Source: an uncultured Pseudomonadota bacterium
GTDB taxonomy: Bacteria; Oederibacteriota; Muellerivitia; Muellerivitales; Muellerivitaceae
DNA length: 64,000 nt
Direction: 5' to 3'
NCBI GenBank assembly: GCA_963836235.1
Contig: CAWIIP010000002.1
Span: 160,001-224,000 of the forward strand
Shown: one piece after another, positions 8,996 to 19,942 of the stretch
How positions within the stretch are numbered: the stretch's first letter is position 1
Layout: each line of letters opens with the position of its first letter
The notes under the pieces: model-generated
What the model saw: the letters and a program-made list of their open reading frames with translations, nothing else
The model's database searches: none
Told to the model about the DNA's origin: nothing
Program-made: the position numbers and the translations under genes

Positions 8996-9571
8996 TCATT
9001 CAGGCTGGCCTTTTCCGAAAGGAACCGCCACAACGGTCCTTTTACTTGATTGGAGAACCCAACCGATTCCTGACTTGTAATAACGGCCCAACCACTGTCG
9101 GATAAGGCCTGGGCTAACTCCGAGCCGTTTTCCGACCTCGTTTACTTTCATCCCCTTCGCAAGCCAGGAAAGCGCCTGTAACTTTTCCTTCACCCAGGGC
9201 CGATCCTCTTTTTCCAAGAAAGATTTAATCTCTTGTGTGTTCATATTTCGTTCTGTGCGAGCGTTGAAATAACCTTTTTGGTTCCAAATCTTTGACAGCG
9301 CATGGAAAGGAATCTTTTGTTCAAGGAGCTTCGCTATTGATGAAAAAGAACCATCAAAAAATACCGAAAGTTTCAGCAGGACATGAACATCCCGTGATCC
9401 TTCCCGCTCCCATCGCTTCCATTCCTCAAGGGTGCATCCACAACTAGCGGCGGCCTGTTTTGGGGATAGGTTCTTTTTCAGCCGAAGTTCCTGGATCACT
9501 TCCCCGATTTTTCGTTCAAACTCTTGGCGGGTCAATATCCCCTTGTCTGGCTTCTTTGATGATGATTTCAC
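8996..9571 (-). CDS. XRE HTH + second (IS630-like) HTH protein
   Basis: IGEVIQELRLKKNLS..WKRWE; KLQALSWLAKGMKVNEVGKRLGVS..IRQWLGRY; paralog at 24615-25223. Confidence 0.7.
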   Translation of the reverse strand: MKSSSKKPDKGILTRQEFERKIGEVIQELRLKKNLSPKQAAASCGCTLEEWKRWEREGSRDVHVLLKLSVFFDGSFSSIAKLLEQKIPFHALSKIWNQKGYFNARTERNMNTQEIKSFLEKEDRPWVKEKLQALSWLAKGMKVNEVGKRLGVSPGLIRQWLGRYYKSGIGWVLQSSKRTVVAVPFGKGQPE

Positions 9572-9574
9572 CGA

Positions 9575-10243
9575 TTATTTATTTTTAAGGAGTTTTTCAA
9601 AGAAATTCTTGGTTTTTGCAACTTCCGCCCTCGCATGAGCAATTGGGGCGGGTTTAACATTAACCTGGTTCCCGATGTTGTCCTCGGGACCGGGTTCTGG
9701 ATCGGGCGTTGAAGGGAAAATCTTCGACTTAAACTTATCCAAAACCTCGGAAAGAGGAAGTATCCGGTCGGATGCCTTTAGTAATTCTGAGGGCTGGGAA
9801 TCCTTGAAAAAACCGATCTCCACGGCTTTGCCTAGTTCCTTCACCGCATTAAGTACCGGTGAGTATTCCGAATCTTCGGTCACTACAATGGCCGTGTCAA
9901 AAAGGCCGCGGGCGGCGAAGTAGACCAAATCTGCCGAAAATATTGTTTTTTCACCCTTTGGTTTAAAGTTTCCATCCGCTCCTGAGACAAGCCGTCCAAG
10001 GCGTAAATCCAGGTAAGGGGTCTTGCGGAGGGAATCAAAAAAGGATTGTTGCGTTTTGGATTGCTCGGTTGCAATGACGGGATCATAGGCGGAATTGTAA
10101 TAATAGGTGCGAACAAGTTCCCGGTCGGGCCCGGCCAGGGCTTTGGAAAGCTCGTAATAGTCCACGCGGGTGGGGTAGTTGTTCCGCTTCAAGGCGAAGT
10201 AGAAGTTGCTACCGTCGATGAAAATACAAACACGGTTCTTCAT
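9575..10243 (-). CDS. NYN (LabA/DUF88) domain protein
   Basis: IFIDGSNFY, LVRTYYY, AIVVTEDSEY..LGKAVE. Confidence 0.9.
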   Translation of the reverse strand: MKNRVCIFIDGSNFYFALKRNNYPTRVDYYELSKALAGPDRELVRTYYYNSAYDPVIATEQSKTQQSFFDSLRKTPYLDLRLGRLVSGADGNFKPKGEKTIFSADLVYFAARGLFDTAIVVTEDSEYSPVLNAVKELGKAVEIGFFKDSQPSELLKASDRILPLSEVLDKFKSKIFPSTPDPEPGPEDNIGNQVNVKPAPIAHARAEVAKTKNFFEKLLKNK

Positions 10244-10633
10244 GGAAAACCTTCTTCGATTAATTTTAGGTGGGTGTTGGGGTAAGGTACAGTCAATCAG
10301 CGTCGAAATGAACGGCTGTTATGTCAAAGATCCAGGGTTGGTTAGACCTATTTTCCTTTGGCTTTTCTCGTATTCTTTTTATTTAGGGGATTTTTCAATG
10401 TTTGGATTGCGGATCCTAGGTTTCGATCCGCCATTTTGCCCCATTCCTTCACTTGCTTTATCCATTCCCGCATTTGATATCCTGAAGACTTCAAAGCTTT
10501 TGATTTTTTACCAACGGTTTTCTGGACCACTATTCCTACTCCGGTCACACATTTTCCCATGAGAGACTATCAAGCAAGCGGGTTAAGTTTAGACGCTTAA
10601 AAGAGGGTTTCAAGCCGATGGAAAAAATTGAGA

Positions 10634-10822
10634 TTAATGCCGGTTTGTTGAGTCTATGAGTTCCATTTCGTGGGGAAACCACACCTTTTCCAAGGTGCCA
10701 ACCGTCACCAAGAAGCACTCTCCCGTATTATTCCCGAGCCTGAAGGATTGGGGGCTCTTGATTAAGCCTTCCTCGCGGGTTAGTTTGTGGACGACCGGGT
10801 CACCGGGTTTGAACTCAGCCAT
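10634..10822 (-). CDS. Small hypothetical protein (SH3-like)
   Basis: FKPGDPVVHK...WFPHEMELI pattern. Confidence 0.5.
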   Translation of the reverse strand: MAEFKPGDPVVHKLTREEGLIKSPQSFRLGNNTGECFLVTVGTLEKVWFPHEMELIDSTNRH

Positions 10823-10975
10823 TAAAACCCACCTGTTAAAAGTACCTTGGGAACCGCCCCAATATCACCTGTCTTAAGCCCTTCCGCAAATAAAATGTGG
10901 GTGGTTTATCAGGTCAAAAACGCCCTGGTTGCCGTTGATTTTCATTAAAAAGAACTCCTACCCTATAATGCCGAA

Positions 10976-11158
10976 ATGCACAAAGCCAACTTTCAACTCC
11001 GTGACATGTTAATCCACAAAAAAATCAAAATCGTTGGCATGGTTGTTTTCGTGGACCGGAAGAAGGGAATTTATCGGGTCAGTGTGGACGATGACATGCC
11101 GGTGGAAAACTGGAGTTTTGGCGAGGTGGAACTTTACCAAAAAGAAATCACCCAATAA
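10976..11158 (+). CDS. Small hypothetical protein (SH3-like)
   Basis: FQLRDMLIHK...WSFGEVELY, similar layout to 10634-10822. Confidence 0.45.
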   Translation: MHKANFQLRDMLIHKKIKIVGMVVFVDRKKGIYRVSVDDDMPVENWSFGEVELYQKEITQ

Positions 11159-11224
11159 AATCTACTGGCGAAGTACGGGCGATTCTTTTATTTCTAGAAT
11201 TTCAGCTTATCTGGCAGTAGGTGA

Positions 11225-11683
11225 TTATTCCATTTCACCAAATTTACTTAGAAACAGGTTTTGGAGCGCCATTTGTGCTTCCCCTGCATCCTCCCCTTCA
11301 AATATTAGAGTGAGTTCTGATCCATAGCTGGCCGCCAAAGTAATGAGATTTAAAATGGCATCCGGCAGATTGGCGATCTCATAGACCGCTTTTACAGGGT
11401 CCGAAACCTGGAAATAAAGCAAAACATCAATAATGATGGTGACGTTATCTTTGGTTATGACATTTTGTTTTGGAAATTCATAAACCGTCTCTCTTAAATC
11501 AATTCTTTCGACTTCCACTTTTCGGACAATATGATTGCCACCGATATCTGTCAGGGAATACCGCCATTGAATTTTTCGGGGACGGTCAAAGAACGGCCAA
11601 AGGATATTCACGCCGCTGTGAAGCAAGCGGTGATAACGTCCCAAACGCTCAACGACGACGACTTCCGCCTGTTGCACGATCAT
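11225..11683 (-). pseudogene. Chimeric ORF: SPFH/Band 7 fragment joined to an HPr C-terminal fragment
   Basis: VVERLGRY..QNVITKDNV (SPFH) switches at ~11355 to ILNLITLAASYGSELTLIFEGEDA..SKFGE (HPr C-terminus). Confidence 0.75.
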
Positions 11684-11690
11684 AAAACCT

Positions 11691-12227
11691 TTAATCGGTA
11701 AAGACCCCGTTGCCGTAGGTCACCGAAGACCAGGCTTGGGAACTAGGAAGGGTTTGGGTCGTCCAATTGATTCCATCCGGCGAGGTTGCCGCCACCGCGC
11801 TGTTTTGCGCGACCGCCACAAAGACACCGTTCCCAAAGGTCACCGAAACCCATTGTTGAGAACTGGGCAGGTTTTGGGCCGTCCAATTGACCCCGTCGGG
11901 CGATGTCGCGGCCACCGCGCTCGCCTTTGAAATCGCCACAAAAATTCCTTTCCCATAGGTCACCGAGCACCAGCTCTGGAGACCAGGGAGGGTCTGAAAG
12001 GTCCAGGACGACCCGGCCAGGGGGGTTGGAGTGGGCGAACAGGTGACGGTTGAGGTGGGGGTTCCGGTGGCCTGGTTCGTGGTGGTGGAGGTGGGGGTTG
12101 AAGTGGCGGTGGCGGAAGCCACCGGGGACGCCGAGGAAGGCGATAGGGGGGTGCTAAAAGGTTTGGTACAAGCCAGCGGTATGCCCAAAAGAACAGCGGC
12201 CAAAAAAACCAGGGTCCATAATTTCAT
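11691..12227 (-). pseudogene. Truncated lipoprotein with beta-propeller-type repeats
   Basis: Lipobox PLAC, Thr-rich linker, repeats VTYGNGVFVAV..TSPDGINWT cut off mid-repeat. Confidence 0.65.
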
Positions 12228-12483
12228 AGATCATCCCCTCCTCAATACTGAATTCGAAATATGGATTGAATAAAGCAATTTTGATTCCAGAAAAAGGCGT
12301 GGTTTTATTGTGGTTTTGTAAGGGAAAAGCCCGGAAAGAAGGAAGCCCCTTGGCGGAAGCCCGGCGCAAATTTGACGAATCCCTGCCCCCGGCAGGTTCT
12401 TTTTTGACTTGGGACCGGAATTTCCCGGAATTGCGGGGATGGATTATTAAACCCGCGGGTCGCGGTTCAAAGCGGAGTGGTAA

Positions 12484-15400
12484 TTACCGCAGGACCAGCA
12501 ATTTGAGGATATTCCGGCCCCGGTTGGTTTGCACCACCACATAGTAAAGGCCGTTGGCCAAGGGCGTTCCCCACTCATCGGCCAAAGGAATGGGCACGCT
12601 GACCCCCGGTTGGACATTGTAATAAGTTAAATCCGCTACCTTCCGGAAGGCGGTCGTGAAGATCTCGATGCTCACGTTCGATTCAAACGTCAACCCCGGA
12701 TTGAGCTGAGCCACTCCCCCCGTGGAAACGGGGTTGGGATAAAGCACTGGTTTGGCCGGAGGGGCCGGGGTCCGGGTAGCCGTGGCCGTCGGCGGTGGCG
12801 TTAAAGTTTTAGTGGCCGTTGGGGTGGCCGACGCACTGGGGGTATAAGTCGGCGTGGCGGCGGCGATGGTGACCGTGGCGCCTGGAACGGGCAATCCGGT
12901 AAAGAGAAGGGCCTGGCCGTTGCTTCCCGTGGCGTCCGTGGCGCTGAAGGAATAGTTCCCCGCCGGTGAAGAGGAGGAGAAGTTCGCGGTGACTTCGTAG
13001 GTCACTGCTCCATTGGCCCCCGGAATGGCGCTGTTGAAGCTGAGGGTGGCGTCCGGCCCGCTGAAGGCGGCGGTGGCGATAAGCGTTCCATTGGCTGATA
13101 AATTGATCGATGTGATCCCGGTGGGAGGGGTTCCCGTCTCGGAGAGGGTGATACTGGTGAGCGTCACCGGATTGCCGCTGGGATTGTTCACCTGGATCTG
13201 TTGGATGGGTACCCCGGAAGCCCCCGGAATTTGGATGGAGTTACCCGGCGGGCTCAACCCTTGCGAGGCCGAAACCGTCACCGGCGTGGGGCTGAAAGTG
13301 GGAGTCACCGACGCCGTTGAAGTGGCGGTTTGAGTTGGCGAAGCCGAAGGCGTAGCCGTGGCGGTAGCTGTGTTTGCCGGCGTTAGCGTCCGCGTGAGGG
13401 TAGGGGTCGCCGTAGTCGAAGCCGTGGCGGTGGAAGTGGGGGTCAAGGTACTGGTCCTGGTCGGGGTTCCGGTGTTGACCAGCGTCTCGGTAGCCGTGCC
13501 CGTAGGAGTACTTGACGGCGTAGCCGTCAATGTATTGGTCGGCGTAACCGTCGGCGTAGTGGTGGCCGTTGCCGTCGAGGTGCCGGTGGGGCTGTTGGTG
13601 GCCGTCCCGGTCGGGGTCAACGAAGAGGTGGTAGTTGGGCTGTTGCTGGCGGTATTCGTGGCCGTAACGGTGGCGGTTGAGGTCGGGGTTCCGGTGTTGA
13701 CCAGCGTCGCGGTAGCCGTGCCCGTAGGAGTACTTGACGGCGTAGCCGTCAATGTATTGGCCGGCGTAACCGTCGGCGTATGGGTGGCCGTTGCCGTCGA
13801 GGTGCCGGTGGGGCTGTTGGTGGCTGTCCCGGTCGGGGTCAATGGGGAGGTGGCAGTTGGGCTGTTGCTGGCGGTATTCGTGGTGGTTGCCGTGGCGGTA
13901 CGGGTTGCGGTGGATGTCGCGGTTAAAGTCGCCGTATTGGGCAGGGTAGTCGTGGGCGTAGGGCTAAGGGTTGGGGAGAAGGTGGAAGTAGGGCTGTTGC
14001 TGGGTGTGTTCGTGGCCGTTTTGGTGGCCGTGCCCGTAGGAGTACTTGATGGCGTAGCCGTCAATGTATTCGTCGCGGTGCTGGCAGCCGTATTCGTTGG
14101 GCTGTTCATCGGGGTATTCGTGGACGTTGGAGTGGGGGTCGAAGTCGATGTATTCGTGGGGCTGTTCGTTGCGGTCTTGGTGGGCGTATTGGTCACGGTG
14201 GGTGTGGCGGTATTCGTGGCCGTGGGGGTGGCCGTATGGCTGGGTGTGGCGGTGGGGGTATTCGTGGGAGTGTTGGTCCGGCTAAAGGTGGGGGTGCTGG
14301 AGGCGGTGCTGGTCGCCGTACTGGTGGGAGTGCTGGTTTTCGTGGGGGTAACCGTGGCCGTGGCGGTTTTTGTGGCGGTCGCCGTCGCGGTCGCGGTCGG
14401 CGTGGATGTTTTGGTGAAGGACGCCGTGGCGGTGGGGGTCGCCGTGGCGCCGCTGGAGGAGCAACCTGGATGGGTAAGTCCCTTCAGCCAGCCATAGACC
14501 TGTTGGCCTTCATAAGACGTCAGCACCCAGCCGCTGCCGGTGGAAACCGGGGCGGACAGAGTTGAGGACCAGGCCGAAAGCAGGAGAGGCGTCGCCGAGA
14601 TATCCATGTCCCAAGCCATGCCCCCATAGACGTAATTCTTGTCGTTTGTGCCGTTCATGAAGGTAATCACGCTGTTCACGAAAGTGCCGCCGTCGGTGGT
14701 ATTGGCCGAATTCCCGAATTCCTCGATGAACACCGGGCCGTAGGTGAGGGCCGTATCGATGTTGGACTCCCAACCCGCCGGGGTGTTGGTGCCCTTGTTG
14801 TTGTAGATATGGGCCGAGTAGACGATGCCGTTGCCTCCGGCCTTATCCACCACAGGACTCATGCCCACGTAATAATAGGAATACTGCTGGCCGCCGACGA
14901 TGCAGATGTTTTCGGCGTTGGTGCCGCTGGCCAGGGTGCTGCCGGCGCTGGCGGTAGTGCCCCGGATGGTGTTCACGATGGACTGAAGGCCGGGCGTGGT
15001 AAAGCCCTCGGAGGCCGTGCCTCCGTTTAACCAGACGGTCCAGGAAGTTGTGTAGGGCTCGTTGAAGGTGTCGAAGAGCACGGAGGGGTTGTTGGCGTAA
15101 CGGGCGGCGACGCTGGCCCAGAAAACCAGGCTGTTCTCATCAGGCATGGAGTATTGCCCGGTGGCCGAGCCCGTGGGCCCGTCGCCGGACCATTGCAGGT
15201 CCAGGTCGCAATAGATGTTGTTGGCGTTGCAGTAGGCCACGAGGGAGTCCACGAAGCTTTGGTATCCCGATTGGCTGGTGGAACCCCTGGAGCTTTGCGC
15301 GTTGCCATCCCACCAGTCCTGGTCCAGGGGGATGCGGACGCAATTGACATTCCAATATTTGACCGCCTCCTGCAGCATTGTCAGGACCCCATTGCCGCCG

Positions 15401-15597
15401 GCCGGATTGTCCCCTGGCGGTACGTCCCATTCCAAAGAATCCAGATTCACCCCGGTCAGGCGCACGGTGCAGCCGCCGCTGGCGGTGACGATTTCGTTTC
15501 CGGAAACCTTAAGCAGGGGAGGAGCGGCTTGCGCGGGAGTTGGACCGAAAAAAGTGGAACCCAAAAGCACAAAAAGCGAAAGAAAGAAAAAGTTCAT
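12484..15597 (-). CDS. GH5 glycoside hydrolase (cellulase-like) with long Thr/Pro linker, Ig-like domain and C-terminal sorting-like domain
   Basis: VRIPL, FNEP (acid/base), FIEEFG (nucleophile); TPTAT repeats; YPNP...GLYY...KLLVLR tail; signal peptide from Met at 15597. Confidence 0.9.
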   Translation of the reverse strand: MNFFFLSLFVLLGSTFFGPTPAQAAPPLLKVSGNEIVTASGGCTVRLTGVNLDSLEWDVPPGDNPAGGNGVLTMLQEAVKYWNVNCVRIPLDQDWWDGNAQSSRGSTSQSGYQSFVDSLVAYCNANNIYCDLDLQWSGDGPTGSATGQYSMPDENSLVFWASVAARYANNPSVLFDTFNEPYTTSWTVWLNGGTASEGFTTPGLQSIVNTIRGTTASAGSTLASGTNAENICIVGGQQYSYYYVGMSPVVDKAGGNGIVYSAHIYNNKGTNTPAGWESNIDTALTYGPVFIEEFGNSANTTDGGTFVNSVITFMNGTNDKNYVYGGMAWDMDISATPLLLSAWSSTLSAPVSTGSGWVLTSYEGQQVYGWLKGLTHPGCSSSGATATPTATASFTKTSTPTATATATATKTATATVTPTKTSTPTSTATSTASSTPTFSRTNTPTNTPTATPSHTATPTATNTATPTVTNTPTKTATNSPTNTSTSTPTPTSTNTPMNSPTNTAASTATNTLTATPSSTPTGTATKTATNTPSNSPTSTFSPTLSPTPTTTLPNTATLTATSTATRTATATTTNTASNSPTATSPLTPTGTATNSPTGTSTATATHTPTVTPANTLTATPSSTPTGTATATLVNTGTPTSTATVTATNTASNSPTTTSSLTPTGTATNSPTGTSTATATTTPTVTPTNTLTATPSSTPTGTATETLVNTGTPTRTSTLTPTSTATASTTATPTLTRTLTPANTATATATPSASPTQTATSTASVTPTFSPTPVTVSASQGLSPPGNSIQIPGASGVPIQQIQVNNPSGNPVTLTSITLSETGTPPTGITSINLSANGTLIATAAFSGPDATLSFNSAIPGANGAVTYEVTANFSSSSPAGNYSFSATDATGSNGQALLFTGLPVPGATVTIAAATPTYTPSASATPTATKTLTPPPTATATRTPAPPAKPVLYPNPVSTGGVAQLNPGLTFESNVSIEIFTTAFRKVADLTYYNVQPGVSVPIPLADEWGTPLANGLYYVVVQTNRGRNILKLLVLR

Positions 15598-15700
15598 TTC
15601 GCCCCGGGACGTTTTAAGCCGGGAACCAAAGAACGTTTTCGTTTTGAAAAATAAGTTTTGTGGAGACCTGTTCAAAGTGTCACCCGATACACTGGTTAAA

Positions 15701-16353
15701 CCGGAATTTCCCAGATGACCTTCTCTGAAAACATTGCCGGGTAATTTGTTTCTCATTATATCGCCCCCCCCCCCCCCGCTTCTTCCATCCGAATCCGGAA
15801 TTTTCCGTCCTGGGCCACTGAAATAAGCCCCAGGAAAAGGTTTCTGTGCCCAAAAAAGCTGAAATTGACCTTCTGGAAAGCCAATTCTCGTTGTGAGCGC
15901 ACACCTATCCTGCGGTAGTCGCTCGGGTTGAAGCCTTGATGCCTTCCTGCGGTTATCGCAGTACTGGCGCTCGCGGCCTTACCATTGCCAGTAGCCGTAT
16001 CCGATTGAGGATTTCAGCAAACAGGCGTCGGGAAACCATCACCTCCGCCATCTGGAAAATAACGTACCGCGAATGACGGATGACATTAGCCCCGATCTTG
16101 ATGAGTTTTTCCCTCAAGGTCGTTAGCGACCAATGTTTCACCAGTTCTGGCAGTGCCAGTCGGCGCAGGAAGTTGCCCAGATTGTAGGCCAGGGCGAATA
16201 GTTGTAAGCGCACTTGGTTGTCCGCGAAGTCGTGGCAGCTTAGTCTTGTCCACTTCATCGCATACTTTCCCTCTTTGATCCACTGCTCAGCCGTGCCTCT
16301 TCCGTTGTAGAATTTCACCACCTGGGGTGCCGGTCGTCGCATGTTCGTTACGA
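15701..16353 (-). mobile_element. IS1380-family element, 3' fragment (transposase C-terminus + right IR)
   Basis: Matches 40526-41177 apart from poly-C length; IR CCGGAATTTCCCAGATG at 15701. Confidence 0.9.
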
Positions 16354-17276
16354 AGAAATCCCATTAGTGTTGATTTACCTGTTCCTCTACCTCCGATAAT
16401 GGCATTTAACCAAGGGTTAAATTTTGCTGTTAGTGGTACTCCATTACCCATGTACTTAGCGCTTTTTACCTCAATTTGATCAATTATTATTGGACTGTGG
16501 ACATTTGGATCGTCCTGGGTATCTGTAGATCGTTTTATCGAATGAATACCATCAAACAAACCTAGCCGTAAACCCTCCAGACTTGGGTATGTCATTTTCA
16601 CCCACGTAAATCTTCGATTTATTTCCGAAGGTTTGTGAGAATCCGATCCAATAATTTCCGAGAGAACCCTTTTTGAAGAATGATCAGTAAATATTTGTGG
16701 TCTTTGGGAACCAATATCTTTAAATTCGACGGCCGTCAAACCTTTTGAACCTAGAGCCTGTTCTAATGCTTTCCCTGTAAGTTTAAAAAGACCTGCATGG
16801 GAATCATCGACATGCGCGGGAATTGGAATTCCACCTGCGGAAACGACTACTTCTACAACCTTTTCAAATGTTAGATCAGTAACGGCATCAGATTCACCAG
16901 CAGTTCCCTTATATCCAACCGCTCCTCTTAAAGCATCCAAATCGGCCGTTGTTTTGTTTGGGTCCAAAATAACCAATAAATGAATGCCGGGATTTACACT
17001 TATTTCCATTCCCGGGAATAAAACTAATGGTTTATAACCCACGGGCTTTTCTTGATCTAAAACTGCCAAGGCATTTTTTAAAGGATCAACCCAAGCTCCA
17101 GAATTGTGGTCTGTAATAACAACACCATCAAAGCCACCACGCATAAAATCAAGAATCCAATCTCTTGGGGAACGAGCTTTTAAACTTGGATCACCCTTTC
17201 CATAGTCAATGGAGGCGGGAGTATGCGTGTGAAAATCGAATTTCCACCAGCGAGAACCTGGGAATTCTAAACTCAT
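16354..17276 (-). pseudogene. PHP-domain + ATPase protein (TrlF/Ppl-like), truncated just after Walker A
   Basis: DFHTHTPAS, ITDHN, AHVD, GSDSH, then IIGGRGTGKST; fused to the IS fragment. Confidence 0.8.
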
Positions 17277-19942
17277 TAAGACTCACCAAAAAGTCTGATT
17301 AATTGTTTAAATGATTCCGGTTTGTGTTCATCCCACGCTTCTTGCCGTATATATAACGGTTGGTAGGTTTTACCGCGTTCGGCTTTGGTAGCGTCTTCGC
17401 ACCATTGAATAAGACGGCCCCACTTTTCCGGGTCGTCCAAGTCTTCTCTACCCTTCGTCTCAATGATCCAAACGTTTTTCTGATCCTGTTTTACGATGAA
17501 ATCTGGGTAGTAGTTAGAAATGAACCCATCGGCGGTTCGGTATTCGATCTTGAAAAAGGTACTTTGGGAATTCTTAATGAACGAGATTATGTCGTCACAA
17601 TCGTCAAGGAAGAAAGCAAACTCAAGCTCAAGGTGGCTATCGCCGATGATCTTATTAAAAATTGATTTTTTAGGAATCAAATATTCCTGGTTTTTAACCA
17701 CAAAGGGGCGAGTCTTGCTCAATTTAATGTAATCCTTAACCTCGGTAGCCCCCTTGTCTTGGACAGTTAGATCATTAATGGCCTTTTTCAGCGTCTCCCT
17801 TAAGGTCTTATTTACTTCCGGTTCAGAAAGGTTCCTAAGAGTATTAAAGTCATCCAAGGGGACTTTTTGGCCAAAGAGGTACTTTTCAGTGAACTCCATT
17901 AGCTTTCCAAAAAGAATGTCTTTTCCGCCCACCAACCGAAGGTCTCGCATTATTGAGGTGGTAAAGTAGGAAATGGCGTTCTGAAAATTCGGCTCGGAAT
18001 CGGTGTCTAATTCGGTAACGTGGCTGATTTCATCCTTGTCGATATCCTTAAAGACGATCTGCCTTTTCTCTTCCTCGGTGTACTGCTTTAGGGAAACAGG
18101 TTTAAACTTTAGGTTCCCCACTTTGATGTCGTTTAAGTTCTTATATTCCCTATAAATCCTGGGCGCTAATACAGGCAGAACAATATCCAAGCTTTCTATG
18201 TCTTTTTTGGGATTTTCCCGATCTACTTCAATCACTAAAGGGGATCTAGGGTTTTTATCCCCCATAGGGGTGTACTCGAACTCAACACCTTCGATCTTGA
18301 TGGATTCCACAAATTCAATGAATTTAGAGGTCCCGATAACGCTTACTTTTTCTGATACGTCTTCACCCCGGAACATCCGCCTAAGGCCACGACCTAGCGT
18401 TTGTTCAGGTAATATTTTGGATTCGTATTGCCTTAACCCAACAATGGAAACAACGTTTTGCACATCCCACCCCTCTTTTAATACCATTACCGAAACGACT
18501 GCTTTATAGGGGCTTTCCATGCTGTCAATTTCTCTGCTGGCTTTACGAAGTATGTCCAAATCTTCTTTGTTTTTGTTGGTATTGCTTTCGGAGATTTCGC
18601 CGTTGTTTTTAGTATGAATAACCAACACCGCGTCTTTTAATTCTTTAAAAGTAGCTTCCAAATATTCGGCTACTTCATCGCAATTTTTGGTGTCATCGGT
18701 CATTATGAAAAGAACCGATTTCTTGTTAAGTTTGATCAATTCATCGTAAACCTTTTTCCATTCATAAACCCCAAGATGTAAATAATCCCGAAATTGTTCA
18801 CAGAATTTAGAACTTTTTCTCTCCTGTAATTTTGCCCTAGAAGCCTCATCAGGGAGAACGGGTGTTTTGACGACTTGTTGGCGAATGGCTTCCACAAGGG
18901 GATAATCGCTGATCGTTTGGACAAAGATCCCACCCCCTTCATGTTTTGGTGTGGCCGTAACGTCAAACTGGGCAGAAAGTTTCCCACCCTTTATCTTCAA
19001 TTTATTGGAAATTTCCTCGATAGCCTTAAACCCAGCTTGGGTATTGCTGTGAATATGATGGGCCTCGTCGTTGAGGATTACTAAATCGGAAACCTCTCGA
19101 ACGATCTTCCCTAAATCAGCTTGGGAATCGTTCGTTTTGCCGGTTGGTTTAGTCCCCAGAAAATAATCCTCTGTGTTTTCATCCTCTAAAGAAGGATTAG
19201 TCTCATTGAGGTGGATACGGTGGATATTGGTTAAGAAAATGTTCCCAGTATTGGAAATGTTCCCAATCTCGTCCTGAATATGTAGAGTCACTTGAAAATC
19301 ACTTCTCCAATCCTGGCCCTCGTAACCATTCTCCGGTAGAACAGGGTCCTCGTTGAATATCCTAAGACCATCAAAGTCCACCCGAAGCCGATCCAAAACG
19401 ATGATGTTCGGAGCCGTAATCAAAAAATTGGTGGAAAGATCAGAATCGGGCTCATATCGCTTGTGGAAGTAGGACCAGGCCACCAACAAACTCATTACCT
19501 TGGTTTTTCCTGCCCCGGTGGCGAGCTTCATGACGTAACGGGTCCAGGTCTCTTCAAACATCCCCTTGCTTACTTGTTCGGAAGAGTCGTAACGAAGCAA
19601 GGAATAAGGATCGTGCGCCTTTTCTATCTCATAAAGCCAAATAGCCGATTCGACTGCTTCTCTTTGGGCGAAGTAATATTGAAATTGACGGGGATCCCCA
19701 TTGGGACCCGGGACGAAATGTTCTGTGTTGAACCAATAATTCAGGAGGGTCCTGGTCGTATGGCACGCACCTTCATAACCCCGTTTTCGCCAACTTTTCA
19801 CACCTTCCCTAATCTTATGAACAAGAGGGGGTAAAAGAAGGGTAAAAGTATCGCCAAGGACAGTCTGTTCTCCTGGATACCAACGAATTGCAGGATCGAG
19901 AATGACATGGGGATCGCGAGGGAAATCAGGTGAAAGGGGCAT
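17276..19942 (-). CDS. res: Type III restriction subunit (Res), helicase-nuclease
   Basis: LATGAGKT, NDEAHH, LKEGWD, EQTLGRGLR; C-terminal YYPDF..IIETKG nuclease motif. Confidence 0.88.
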   Translation of the reverse strand: MPLSPDFPRDPHVILDPAIRWYPGEQTVLGDTFTLLLPPLVHKIREGVKSWRKRGYEGACHTTRTLLNYWFNTEHFVPGPNGDPRQFQYYFAQREAVESAIWLYEIEKAHDPYSLLRYDSSEQVSKGMFEETWTRYVMKLATGAGKTKVMSLLVAWSYFHKRYEPDSDLSTNFLITAPNIIVLDRLRVDFDGLRIFNEDPVLPENGYEGQDWRSDFQVTLHIQDEIGNISNTGNIFLTNIHRIHLNETNPSLEDENTEDYFLGTKPTGKTNDSQADLGKIVREVSDLVILNDEAHHIHSNTQAGFKAIEEISNKLKIKGGKLSAQFDVTATPKHEGGGIFVQTISDYPLVEAIRQQVVKTPVLPDEASRAKLQERKSSKFCEQFRDYLHLGVYEWKKVYDELIKLNKKSVLFIMTDDTKNCDEVAEYLEATFKELKDAVLVIHTKNNGEISESNTNKNKEDLDILRKASREIDSMESPYKAVVSVMVLKEGWDVQNVVSIVGLRQYESKILPEQTLGRGLRRMFRGEDVSEKVSVIGTSKFIEFVESIKIEGVEFEYTPMGDKNPRSPLVIEVDRENPKKDIESLDIVLPVLAPRIYREYKNLNDIKVGNLKFKPVSLKQYTEEEKRQIVFKDIDKDEISHVTELDTDSEPNFQNAISYFTTSIMRDLRLVGGKDILFGKLMEFTEKYLFGQKVPLDDFNTLRNLSEPEVNKTLRETLKKAINDLTVQDKGATEVKDYIKLSKTRPFVVKNQEYLIPKKSIFNKIIGDSHLELEFAFFLDDCDDIISFIKNSQSTFFKIEYRTADGFISNYYPDFIVKQDQKNVWIIETKGREDLDDPEKWGRLIQWCEDATKAERGKTYQPLYIRQEAWDEHKPESFKQLIRLFGES

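Noticed and set aside
13358-14497. Long Val/Gly/Ala-rich ORFs (also 54792-55988 and 61170-61796)
   Set aside because: Antisense shadows of Thr/Pro linker codons.
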